Positions 1 through 12,028 of a stretch of DNA of 64,000 bases are shown here, in pieces. The stretch spans positions 248,001-312,000 of the forward strand of contig NW_002060960.1 of NCBI RefSeq assembly GCF_000150275.1. The letters run 5' to 3'. The notes under the pieces are model-generated. The model worked only from the letters and a program-made list of their open reading frames with translations, made no database searches and had not been told where the DNA came from. The stretch's first letter is position 1; each line of letters starts with the position of its first letter. Position numbers and translations under genes: made by a program. This stretch comes from Trichoplax adhaerens. Taxonomy: Eukaryota > Animalia > Placozoa.

Positions 1-2740
1 TGATACAGAAGCAGAGACTTTTCATCCAGACGCTTCAGTAATTGGATCGTATCTTCTTGATTTTGTCTCCATAGACAGTAGATTGATTGAATAGGAATGG
101 GAATGGGGTTATAAACACCAAGCAATCGAATTAATTGACAATCTTTTTCTTCCATCTGACTTAAACTGAATTGAATGAGTGGACGGAGATCACATTCTTC
201 ATTCTCATCTTCTTCATCAATTTGTAACTTGTCTACAAGGTTTTTCCACTCGTTGACAGTCTTTAATTTCAGTCCAGCCATAATAGCAACTGCAATTGGT
301 AGATTTTGGTATATTTCAACAGCTTGTTTGACTACATTTTCAGAACTTAAGCGTTGGATAACCTCTACAGGCTGATATAGTGCTAAAATTTCCATGGATT
401 CATTTTGCGTTAACCCTGGCTGTGAATGAAACATATTGTAAGACAATTTATATCTTCTCTCTAAATGTAGTCTAACCTAACAACCCTACTAGTTGAAGAA
501 AGTTAATCTTAAGTCTGATACTTCATGTTTAGTTTAGTCTTGCTTTCAGGAGCAATAAATAAAGCATACATTACGATCTTTATAGATCATTAAGAAGTAA
601 TACGGCGAAAACGCTATCACCTGCACTATCCAGTATGAAATTAAGTGTATCGACAACGCTATTTAAATACACCAATGGATGACACTGTTATTAGGTGCTC
701 CTAAGCAAGGAATTTCTAATATTTAAAACGGGATATATTATATAAATCAATCCCAAGATTACATGGCCAAATTAATTGCATTGTTGAAATGAAACGAATT
801 TAATGGAAGTCCCACACGAAATTTCTACTATTCGAAAAGGATATACTAATTTATGTGCTAGAGGATATGGCAATATCAACCCAACTGTTGAGATTGAACA
901 AATTCAGTGGCAGAGCTAATTCCATGTTGTTATTTTAATCGTATCAATACTTACAGGTGATTGTAAACAAGTCCATGTCTCCTGTTTTTCATCGTCTATC
1001 CAAGGTGCTGTAATGACTGATTTCTTTGCAAACTGGATATACTGTAGACTGGATTCTTCTTGTACATCATCGAAGATAAATAGAGCTTGCGATTTATTCT
1101 TATTCGCTTAAAACAGCATGCAGCACGGTATTAAAATGCAATGCCGGAAAAGGATAAACATATTGCAAGAAAATCAAGACCAAAAATGGATAAGTACGTC
1201 CATAAGGATGCACATTGCACAGTCGTTGAACTCGTTGATGTAAAGATAGGAGCTGCATTACGAACTATAAATGAATGATTAACTACCTTGGAAATAACGG
1301 TTTAGGCGATCAACAACATCGTCTAATTTTTGAGGTAGATCAATGCCTTGGAGACCGAGTTCGAGGCATAACTTTTCCAAAATTAAAAATAACCGCTGAT
1401 TTTTAGCATTTCCTAAATAAACAAGACAGGAATGAACACATATCATGTTTAAATGTGGAAAAGTAAGCCGGCATGAAGATTGAATATAATCTCCTAGTTT
1501 TCCATAAGAATTTATCTTAATACTGGGTCGTAAACGTATCTAAAGTAAGGAGCTCTGGCTAGAAAAGCATGCCGGCTTAACGATTTAAAATAATTCACTC
1601 GTTCTCCATTAGAGATTATCCAAATGTAGGGTATATAATATATGCAAAGCAATGAGTTCTTGCTGTAAAAGTATGGCAGCATAAAGATTGAAAATAATCC
1701 GTTAGTTCTTCATTTGAATGAATCTAAATGCAAGGTCTAACATACGTATATCTAAAGTAAGGAGCTCTAGCTGGGAAACTATGCCGACATAACGATTAAA
1801 AATAATCCACTAGTTCACCATTCGTGTTTATTCAAATCGACTATCTCAGATATATCCAAGGCAAGGAGCTTTTGATAGCGATAATTGTAGGACTACACCA
1901 ATCCATGCTTTTCTAGCTTAACCATTTCTATTACAAACAAAATGATATTGCTTACCGATTGTGATCCAGTATACGCCATTTGGGTGAAAAGCTTTCTTTT
2001 GCTCTACTACTATTCTAACTGCTTGGCTTACTGCAACAGTTTTACCACTGCCTCGTTTGCCATGAACCCAAATGTGGCCTCCACACTGATCGATATCTTG
2101 TAATCGACTGCAGATGTTGTACAGGAAATTCTGCCTGATGATGCAGCGATTAGTTGGAACTTTCATAACATGTCGTAATAAATCTGTAACATGGAGAAAG
2201 TTTAATTGCAAACATTCTATGCACAATTAATGGATAGAAGACAGATATTCATGAAAAACTATTATAACAGCATGCAACGAGTAGGATGCTATAACGGCTC
2301 CTACTGTAAATTTGCATCTAACATGACTCAAAACTAATGGAAGGCATATATTCTGTTCAAGGAGTTAAAGGGACCGAGTTGCAACATACGGATCAAAGCT
2401 ACAGCGGTTCTTCTACTTCATGCATTGCAATTCAAAATGTTTTAGAAATAATCGATGAATCATTGTTTTCCTAATTACCACGAATGAATATCTGCCTAGT
2501 GTAAACTAATCTCTATTCCATCCTAACGAAAATATGTTTAGCATAAACATAGCAGCCTTAGCTACTCAAATAGCACGTAATACTGCCGATCTCTTAGCTA
2601 AATAGGACAATAAATACAATCAAAACAGTGCTCTTTTTTAAGGAATAATACATGTAGTAGTACTTTATTGATGCTGTTGAGGGGCTAACCTTGATATTCG
2701 TTGTTATTAGTCGGATTTTGATTCGATACAGACATGTTAC
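1..2740 (-). CDS. Apaf-1/CED-4-like NB-ARC (STAND) ATPase, partial (continues past left edge; 5' exons unresolved)
   Basis: Phase-consistent GT-AG exons 2690-2740, 1956-2183, 1287-1412, 955-1106, <1-419. Translation has Walker A (IWVHGKRGSGKT), NGVYWITIG (RNBS-A-like), Walker B (ALFIFDDV), GxP-like QNLPIAVAIMAG and a winged-helix segment (IQFSLSQM...LLGVY...IYCLW...LDEKSLL), in NB-ARC order. Possible further exons up to ~3730 could not be assembled cleanly. Confidence 0.85.
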
Positions 2741-5700
2741 CTATTGATTTAGTCAAGAAAAAATTCAAAATAAGAACTAGAACATTAGGATTAAAAAGAA
2801 CTAACAACACTAGTGAGATTCTAAATACTGTCGATACTTTGCAATTTTACGTCAATTGAAAGCAGCTAGAAAGATTTTTTCGTATCCTATACAATATCTT
2901 GAAAAACTGTATGTTAATACTCCTTGTAAGCTATATTACAAGCTGATTGCTAAAACATAATCAGCAGCAAAGCAGACTAGTACCCATACGAATTTCTTTT
3001 AAGAGCTAAGTAAGAGCAAGTCTTGTCTTCTTACTGAGGTTCAAATGAGCAAGAGCTGTCAATAATTATCCAATGAGACTAGAAACGACTTTAAAAAAAT
3101 CGTTGAAATTGGAATTGTTTGCCTTAGCTCTATCATCGCTTACTACAGTAAAACAAAAATCTACATTTGCAACTTAGCATTTACTCCATCCTGTTATACT
3201 GTAATTCTAACCTCCAGAAAAAGGATTCATTATTCACGTCATAAGAACTCAGCAATGCAAACAGCATAATATCTATCGTTTTGACTACGAAAAGTCGTTA
3301 TTGTAAGGATTATTACAGTATACAGTTTTAGAGAGTACAAAAATCCTTCCGAAATAAGCATCAAACTGTTAGAGTGTATTCTAACTTGGTATTGATGATA
3401 ATAACTGCCCTAATAAGTCCGTTACTTGTTTACTGATCCGCACGTAATTCTTTCTCCAACTTTACTATCCAATCATCATGGTAGACAGCGTAGCAATGAT
3501 GACTATTTGTAATGAACTCTATTCAATCTCTATGATATAATCGACTGATGCTGTAATCATTCTTATTATGATGAAAATATCCCATACTCCTCCGTTAGTA
3601 ATACAATATCTTACTTTGATTTGATGAAACTGGCATATGGAAAGCTCCACCATCAATTGATCATGATAGTCCTCCACCTGTAATCCTTCGCTAGCTCAAA
3701 TAAGCTCCAAGCGTGGTGGCTAAGCATAATTAAAAGAGGACAGTCTAAGCCTATCAGAATCGTTGATTTTGTTTAGTGAACACGTTTCAAATTATCATAT
3801 TTTAAAACTAATTATGAATTCATAACCATCATTCCCACATGCAACGCCCAATTTTGACTTTCTCCAATCCTGCATTAGGTTAGGAAAGCAAGGGCGTTGA
3901 TCTTATAGATGCCTTTGTTCTCAACTTTGTAAGTTTGTTGTTGGTCTCCACAGCTGCAGCATTCCGATTACTTCTTCAACAAACGCTTCAACATGTTACA
4001 AAATATTTTTACTCGATTGTAGTATAGCCCTGTTACGATGCGTAAGCTCGTCCAAATTATAATTATTTTTAAAAGGATACTTTTATATTATATGCACCAG
4101 GAGTTTCTGACGAGACTATAAAAGGCTGATGCCTGAAGATTCCTTTTTAGTTCGTTAGTCGGTTAGATAGTCAACTAGTTTTCAATTGATATTTAATTGT
4201 GAAGACTATAATCTTGGGTGCCAAGATTCCTTCAGTAATAAATGATAGTAAATCTCTGACTATCTCGTCTACATCATCTGTGACGCTATAATTATACCAT
4301 AGTATTCGGTTGTTGGAACTGAATTAGTTGGTGATATAGCTAATCTCGCCTCTTTAAGTTAGTAAGTGGCGTTCTCCGCAAGGATTGGCGTGTGTAGACT
4401 ACTTTGTCACTAGTGGTGTGTGACAAGCCCCAAATATATCGAAGATTAAGATTATTGGATTGTAGGAGAATCGATAAATTGTATGTAAGATTGTATATAG
4501 AGATCGTCCCGAGAAAGTCCTTGGTAGTACTTTATAATTAGGCGAACCTAGTATGCAGTAAGTAAAGTTGACAAGAAACTGCAATTCTCGTAAGCTTCTC
4601 GAGAAGACACTTTATCACATATATCAATCCTTGAACTAGCACAAATTTACTTGCTCCCAAGTCATAACGCACCATGAATAGGGTAAATTAGGAAATCAAT
4701 TTAGAGATTAACTGTCTCTAACGTTAGCGTTTTAAATATTATTAAACACCCTATATATGTATATAGAGATCTCCCGAAATAGTCCTTCGTAGTACAGCAC
4801 ATAAATCAAATGCAAATGCTCAAAGTAACTAACAGTAAATTGACATAGTTTTGCGGCTAGTGAGTTCAAAGAAACAATCGATTTCGTGGCAAATTACCCT
4901 ATCTCTAGTCTAGGCAGATGAGTTATTCTAGTCCAATCACTTTAATCTACCTCTCTATTTAGCATAAAATGAGATATAGATACACTATACTGAAATAAAT
5001 ATTAAGAAATACGCAATCCATTTTAGAATCGAATTATCGATATTATAATGATTTCACTTGGATAATAGCCAACGGATCAGTTTAAGCTTCAGATAAATAA
5101 AATAATATCTACGAGTAAAATGGAGATATGAAGGAGGATCGTAGTCATTTACAGGAAACTACTTCTTATAGAATAATTGTCAACAAGCTATCATCAAAGT
5201 AGATGATATAATTTCTTACTGTAATTTACTCTATCACTAAGTGATTAAAAATGTTAACATTCTAATTGATTATATGCGTATGTTACTCCATTTCTATGTC
5301 ACTCGCATTCATAAATCCAACCTATAAAGGAGATCTTAACTGATACTTCATTTATTTGATTGAATCCAGGAAGATATGATAGTAAGCTAAGATTCACTTA
5401 CCTCCTACATGATCGTGAGCTTAAATCATCTCATATGAGATAGATAGATTCCGATTAAGCGTCACTGTAGCTGGTTACTATTAGTTAAATATTATTTTCC
5501 TTTATCATCTCTTTAGAGTATTTACATTTAAAAATAGTAGTATTAGTATAGTATCTTAACCTTTAAATATCGATACATTCTGCAATAGCTAGTTGCTTCG
5601 GTCGATAAACTACAAGTCTATTTAATTATTAACAAAATCGTTTAGGTCCTAGAATTTTTATCACAGTTTTAAAATTTTTCTTCGTTATTAATCATCGTAT

Positions 5701-8586
5701 ATATTCTACTTAGGTGGATAATGCTATAAAATTGCATTACCTAGACTTAACGATTGTATTCAAGAGAAATGCGAATATTAAAAGACGAAACTATAGATTC
5801 TCGTATTTCTTGTTGGAGTTCTGTTCCATTGACTCTATGCCTTTAGACTTTGTTCGTATTAATGAACATCGATCGATGTTACTGTATATGATTTCAGTAT
5901 ATATAGTATTATGTTCAGAAACAATATAGCAGTTGCTAGGGTACTCAAGGAAAGTGCTGATTTTTTGTTGTACTGTAGATGCAGTTTGATATTTTAATAG
6001 AGAAGAAAATCTTTGCAGAACCTTTGAAAGATTAATTATTATTAGTTATCCTTGTAGGGAAGATTCGATTTATTATAGAAACAATGATAAGATATTTGCA
6101 AATCAGAGCACTTGGAAAGTTCAGTTTCATCGATATGTTATAAGGCAAGTTTTGAATTTTAGCTATTTATCGCTGCTTATCAATTATTTATTTAAAGGGT
6201 CTATGTCTATATCTATAACTATATCTATATCCATACTGATCAGAATAATCCGAAATAAATGTAATAATTCGTGTAAATGCAAAAATCAGATTAAGTCATA
6301 TGCATATCATATACTCAGTGCGAAGTAACAGGTGATAATGTAAAGTAAAAAGTATAGATATATACAGACTGCATACTGTGCAGTACACGGAGTAGAATGA
6401 GGGTGGTTCCACTAGTCTATATTATGATAGAATAGCTGATCAATTTACTGTATTTGCTTATGAGCTTAGTTTAAGTTATTTTCACTACTCCGTAGCATAA
6501 CTCCATATATTCGTATGTATGTATAATCTATATTGAACATTTTATATTGTGTAAATCTGTTTACATTCTTATTAAATTATATCATAGAACTACATTAGTA
6601 TAAACATAGAAGTAAGATATTCTTATTAGTCATTCGCGTTATAAATATTATCTCCTGCTGTGCTTCTAGTAATATAACGTCGATATTTGTGCATCTATCG
6701 AGTGAATTAGTCCTAGTAGCAAGTTACAAGGTAATCTTGCACGCTTTATAATCTATTCTACTTTATCATGACTATTCGACTAGTCACGTCGTTACACACG
6801 CTATAACTGTGCACAATTTTCTATTCACACACCTAGCAAGAAAGATTACTTTTTCACCAGTTATCCTCTTGTCATTTCTTACAATTATGGTAATCACACC
6901 ATCTTCCGAAACATCACAGGAGATCCAGGAAGGTTATGTTTCAGCAATATTTGCACTTTGTGCCCGAAAGTGCATGGAATGTTCCTTTATGAAAACAAAA
7001 GTTAAAACTGAGTGATGATTCATTTCACTGTTTACGCAGCAAAGATGCCATCTAAAGATATAAAAGGAGATGAAGAAGTTCAAGTTACTAATTATAATTT
7101 TATCACCACGTCCTGTTTAACACTCTGGGCATTACGAATCAAGAAAGAACTACAATTAGCTAGTTGTAAGTGGAAACTATCTTGATTTATAGAATTTTAT
7201 GATTCACGAGTCCATCATTTTCCTAGCTGATGATTAAGCATTTCATCTATGTCATAAGCCATTCATTTTATTTTACATTGCTTTTCTTGAGATAGAATAT
7301 CATGATCCTTTTTGTACACCCCATGGTAACATAAAAACACATCATCCTCCAATAAATGATATATTTCCCAGATTTTAAACTGCATCACTTTCGTCTTTAA
7401 AGTTAAATTTCATACTGTATATTAGATCACAGCCGTAATCAAATTGCACTGAGACGGTAGCAGTATTTGGCTGTTTGACTAGTAACGATAAAGTTTCATT
7501 TTAATTTTTCTGTATATATTTATAATTAGTGCCTATGATTGCAAAAAATATCGTCATCGGGATTACAAACGCAATTTGCATACCGTACTATACGATATTC
7601 TTTAATGTTTATTTATCCCATTTATAATACGAAATGCCTTCTTTTTCAATAAATAATTAGTTTTCTAGGATTTAAACGATCATCCTTTCGCCTTCAAAGT
7701 TAGCTTTATACGGAGTATTATGTCAAAATGCTAACCAAACAGCATCGAAATTAAAGCAGTATTTTACCATTCTGATACTAATGTGCTCCTAATGCAGAAA
7801 ATTTATTCTAATTTTTTCCCTTTCATGTTTATGCATAATAACTAAATATAATACTAAATTGACTTAAGATTCTCAATAATAGTAACAGTAATATTATAGA
7901 TGGCTTTTATAGGCGCAATTTGCAGCACATACTTTACGATATTGTCTAGTCTCAGTCTTTGGCTAAGGCAACTCGATTTTACGGTACTAAAAAATTTCTT
8001 TGGAAACAGGCATTAAAATTATTCCTAGAGGATGTTGAATGATATTGAAAGATATACATATTTAATTAGATATCATGTTATTAACACCTATCAATATCAG
8101 CACTACTCCAATTTGTCATTGAAACTTTCTATGATAAATGAATCTACGTCGATTTAGTTATTTTATTTTCTTATTATTCTAATTACATTTTCTTACTTTG
8201 ATGAATGCTAAATTGTCTAACGCATTGATAAATTTAGTTTTAATTCTATCTAAGCAAGCATCAATATCAGAATTAGATGAAGATATCTTTAATGTTATAA
8301 CCTGTTAATACGTATTATCCTGGTAAAAATGATGTTCGTGTTTGAACTGAGATTTGCTTTCTACCTGCCACAATATTAAATTTTGTTATTGCCCTGGCAA
8401 AAATGTCTATCAATACAAAGCATTAAGCTATCAATTTCGTTTAAGATTCTAAATGATCATGCCATCTATATAACGAGACGTTAGTAAAGTCTTTCTTTCC
8501 ATGCCTTTAGGCAAAAATGATATCAAAATAAAAGTATCTCATTCATTTACTCTTGTTACTTTGATATTACCTTTCAGGCTGGCAAT

Positions 8587-9732
8587 ATGAGTCTTTGTAT
8601 TAAAGGAATTGCTTCTGAATTAGCTCAGGAGAACACTTCGATGATGCGATCGCTTGATCTTGTACATGAAGGCTGGCAGAATCCATCGACTGTCAGCAAT
8701 AATGAATTGATACCTGGTAGTCGGTTAATCAAAAAATACAATGGAACCATAGAATTACTTCCTAAAACACCAGGAGAGATTATCGGAGAGCAAATCGTAA
8801 GACCTGTCTTAGATGCAACTCTCTCTGTTGCAAAATCAACCTTGAACATTTTAACGCAAGGTTTCAACTTGTTGGATCGTGGAATGAGTAAAATGTTTCA
8901 AATACTACCTGCAGCACAGGCTACTGATGTAGGACAGATTGCTTATTTTGAAGGTAGCTGTCCAGAAGGATGGAAAAAGTACGTCCAAGCTGAAGGTCGG
9001 TTTGTCATTGCTGCTGGATCATTTCGTGGTCGAAGTTATGACGGTAGAGTAGAATCTGCAAGTTATAGTACTGGTCAAAAAGGTGGAGAAATTAAACATA
9101 GATCTACTATCAATGAAATGCCTCATCATAAGCATGATTTTCGAGTTAACAAGAATGGGGCTATTGGCGAAGGTGTCTTACTAGGAAATACACCTAATGA
9201 GGGCCCTGGATACTCTGGCGGTGGCTATTATCATCTTGGAATTAGCAGTGCTCGTATGAGGTATGCTGGAGGCAATCGACCTCATAACAACATGCCTCCT
9301 TATATTGCTCTTCAAGCATGCCAAAAAATCAAGGATATTGAGCTATCTGGATATGCTCAATCTTCTGATTTAACTACTACAGCTCAGCAAACTCAATCCA
9401 CTTTGGCTGTTTTGAAAAAGACTATTGAATCTCATCAAAGGAGCTCTAATGCTACTGTCCTTGCAGTTAGCTCTAGGGTTGCAAAACTGCAAAAAGATCT
9501 TGAAAGCTGCAAGCGAAATGTTACTTGGATAACAGCCAATCTAAAACAAGCTCAAAGCAAGGATTCTCTGCAGACAGAAATGATCTCTTTCCGCGATCGT
9601 TTTTCCCTCTTAGATGATCAAGTTAAAAGTAATCGAAAATTCTCTGATACTTTATTATCGGTCATTGATCAATTGAAAAGCGAAATTGCTGCTTTAAAAA
9701 GAACATCAGAATATGAAAGAAGAAGAAGATGA
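8587..9732 (+). CDS. Intronless 381-aa protein: N-terminal leader + phage tail-collar/gp10-gp12 C-terminal-like domain + C-terminal coiled coil
   Basis: Single long ORF. aa ~115-247 (nt ~8929-9327) carry VGQIAYFEGSCPEGW...GRFVIAAG...GQKGGEIKHRSTINEMPHHKH...AGGNRPHNNMPPYIAL, the motif series of tail-collar/microcystin-dependent-like/baseplate fibre proteins. aa ~260-378 show heptad-like L/I/V periodicity. AATAAA at ~9742 and ~9767. Confidence 0.8.
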   Translation: MSLCIKGIASELAQENTSMMRSLDLVHEGWQNPSTVSNNELIPGSRLIKKYNGTIELLPKTPGEIIGEQIVRPVLDATLSVAKSTLNILTQGFNLLDRGMSKMFQILPAAQATDVGQIAYFEGSCPEGWKKYVQAEGRFVIAAGSFRGRSYDGRVESASYSTGQKGGEIKHRSTINEMPHHKHDFRVNKNGAIGEGVLLGNTPNEGPGYSGGGYYHLGISSARMRYAGGNRPHNNMPPYIALQACQKIKDIELSGYAQSSDLTTTAQQTQSTLAVLKKTIESHQRSSNATVLAVSSRVAKLQKDLESCKRNVTWITANLKQAQSKDSLQTEMISFRDRFSLLDDQVKSNRKFSDTLLSVIDQLKSEIAALKRTSEYERRRR

Positions 9733-10046
9733 AAGGAAAAAAATAAAATTGGCCGTTACTGACTTCAATAAACTCATATATTAGCCCATCTTACCAATTA
9801 AATAATCCAGATAATGGCGATAGGTGTAGCTGGTATCCTCTTCTCTAATAAGTAGAGTAATCATCACCATTGAGATGAATATAGCAAGTGAAGTATAGAA
9901 AAGAATGTCATTTTTGAATTAGCTTAAAATTATTGGATGGTAAATTCCATACATTAACGGAACAGGCCATCGTTTTATCTAGGCTAGCATTAGCTCTCCA
10001 GTCGATTTAAACCATTTTATCTTGTCCATAATCTTGACGGAAGATT

Positions 10047-10385
10047 ATTACTTGTTGTTAACCTAGGCAAGTTTATCTTTAATAATATTTAAAACTTTCA
10101 ATTGATTTACTATTGATGGCATGTAAATTTTCTAACTTATCGTTTACTTAGGCAAGTATATCTTTTATAATTCATATGTAAAACCTTCAGTTAATTCATT
10201 ATTATCGGTATACAGATTTTTATTTATCATTGACTTAGCCAAGTTTATCGTCTATTTAATAAATAAAATCTTAAATTAATTCATTATTGGTAGCATACAG
10301 ATTTTTATTTATCGTTGACTTGGGCAAGTTTATTCTGTATTAACATGTAGAAATCTTGAATTAATTCATTATGGATAGCATGCCT
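10047..10385. repeat. Degenerate tandem repeat, ~4 copies of ~85 bp
   Basis: Recurrent TTATCGTTGACTTAGGCAAGTTTATC...TTAATTCATTATTGGTAGCATACAGATTTT at ~10050, 10135, 10225, 10308. Confidence 0.7.
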
Positions 10386-11818
10386 CAATGAAAGCTTATG
10401 AGCAGTTTTCAATATCGAAATAGTTCTACTATGTGTAAATTGATAGGAAATTGTGTCGATGTTTGTTCATTACAAAAAGGGGATCCATCAAGGAATCCAT
10501 TTGTTATCGATAGCTCTTTACTGTCCTAAGATTGATTGATTGATTGATTAATTTATTACCTTACCATGCAATAAACTATATGTTAATTAGCTCAATCTTA
10601 GATATTTCGGTTTCCCTCATTTATGATCTAAAATGGTAGTGATTGATGTCAAAGGTATCAAAGCCTATCAGTAATCGTAGTTATAACATCACCATTTTAA
10701 TGCATTGCTCATTTTCATTAACAACTTATCTCCAATATACGGCAAGAGGAATACCGTCTAGGCCATTATTCCCAACTATTTTTTCTAGTTTTGACACATT
10801 GCGATTGGATCGATAGAGTTAAAGTTGACTGGTGCATAGTCTAGCGGCCATAGAAATAAAACTTTAGCCATGTTATACCAGGCTACGACAAACTGTGATT
10901 GGCTAGGTGGAATTAAAGTTTAGCTGTACCTTACGTAGAAATAATATTTTAACCATATTTTAAACCTCTCCATGATAATCAATACGACAGTGCCAACAGC
11001 ATCTACTTTTATATAAACTCTATTGATCATATTACGTCCTCTATTTAAACCAGAAGACGTAAATATGGGAATAAGGCTTTTATATTAACAGCAACATATC
11101 TTGGTTTACCACATCAAACGAACACCAGAGTCGTTAACAAGATAGAGTATAACTCATAGCTTCTCTAATTTATACCAATCATAGAATTGATGAAAGAAAT
11201 ACATATTAAAAAATAAAGGCTATCTCAAAAATGGGAGCTATATAGATGTCAAAAGCTAATTAGGCTATAAAAAGGAAACTAGCAAGTCTATATCTTATTG
11301 AAGTCATTTTGAATTACTTAGTAGAATTGATGAAAGGACGAAAACAAAAAAAGCTTCCTTCTATCTAGTCTAGGAGCTTTTGGAGTTTCAACATGCTATT
11401 GGATAGTTAAAATGAGCTAATATGAGCTATATCCTCGTTGAAAGTAGAAATAGAATAGTTGTATGGAATGAGGCAAAATTAGTAGATTCAATGTTTTGTA
11501 GAATTACTTGATTCCATTCTTAAGCTACGGAAATGATTGCTGTCTAGAGGAAAAAGGAACTTGCTAGTCTACTACGATATCGATTGCCTTGCCTGGGTAG
11601 GTCAACTAACTTGCTATGTTAATCACTATGTGATATCATGGAAACGAATGAGTGTTCTGGATTGATCTTGTCTTTTCCTACTGTCAGCTTTTCTACTCCC
11701 TATCTTAATTCTTAAATTTCATTTTTAAAGGCTTTGTCAACTTGGCCAGTGTTCGAGTATCTTCCTTATCCGATTTAGTTTCTTCCTTTTCCGATTTGAT
11801 TTCTATCTCATCAGTAGA

Positions 11819-12028
11819 TCAGAGACCACGGACCAAATTGGCATATCTTTTTTCCAAATATTTGATGGCTATTTTCAGGTTGGATAAAGCCATCGCTTCT
11901 TGTAAGAGCTGTAATTCGAATGTTTCATTGATATTTTCCTGAAGCAATCTATCTTGCACGTTGTTAATCGTTGCTGCCAATACTATGGCGATCAATAACA
12001 CTGTGATCAAGATGATTTTGATATTCAT
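11819..12028 (-). CDS. Small secreted prepropeptide-like protein (69 aa; frame stays open to 11705 after the TGA)
   Basis: MNIKIILITVLLIAIVLAA is a textbook signal peptide, followed by a Q/E/N-rich spacer and a dibasic KR site before YANLVRGL. Confidence 0.55.
   Translation of the reverse strand: MNIKIILITVLLIAIVLAATINNVQDRLLQENINETFELQLLQEAMALSNLKIAIKYLEKRYANLVRGL

Noticed and set aside
175-375. Short antisense ORFs such as 175-375, 8625-8867, 21438-21644, 29339-29545, 38697-38945, 51147-51350
   Set aside because: They are shadows on the opposite strand of real exons.
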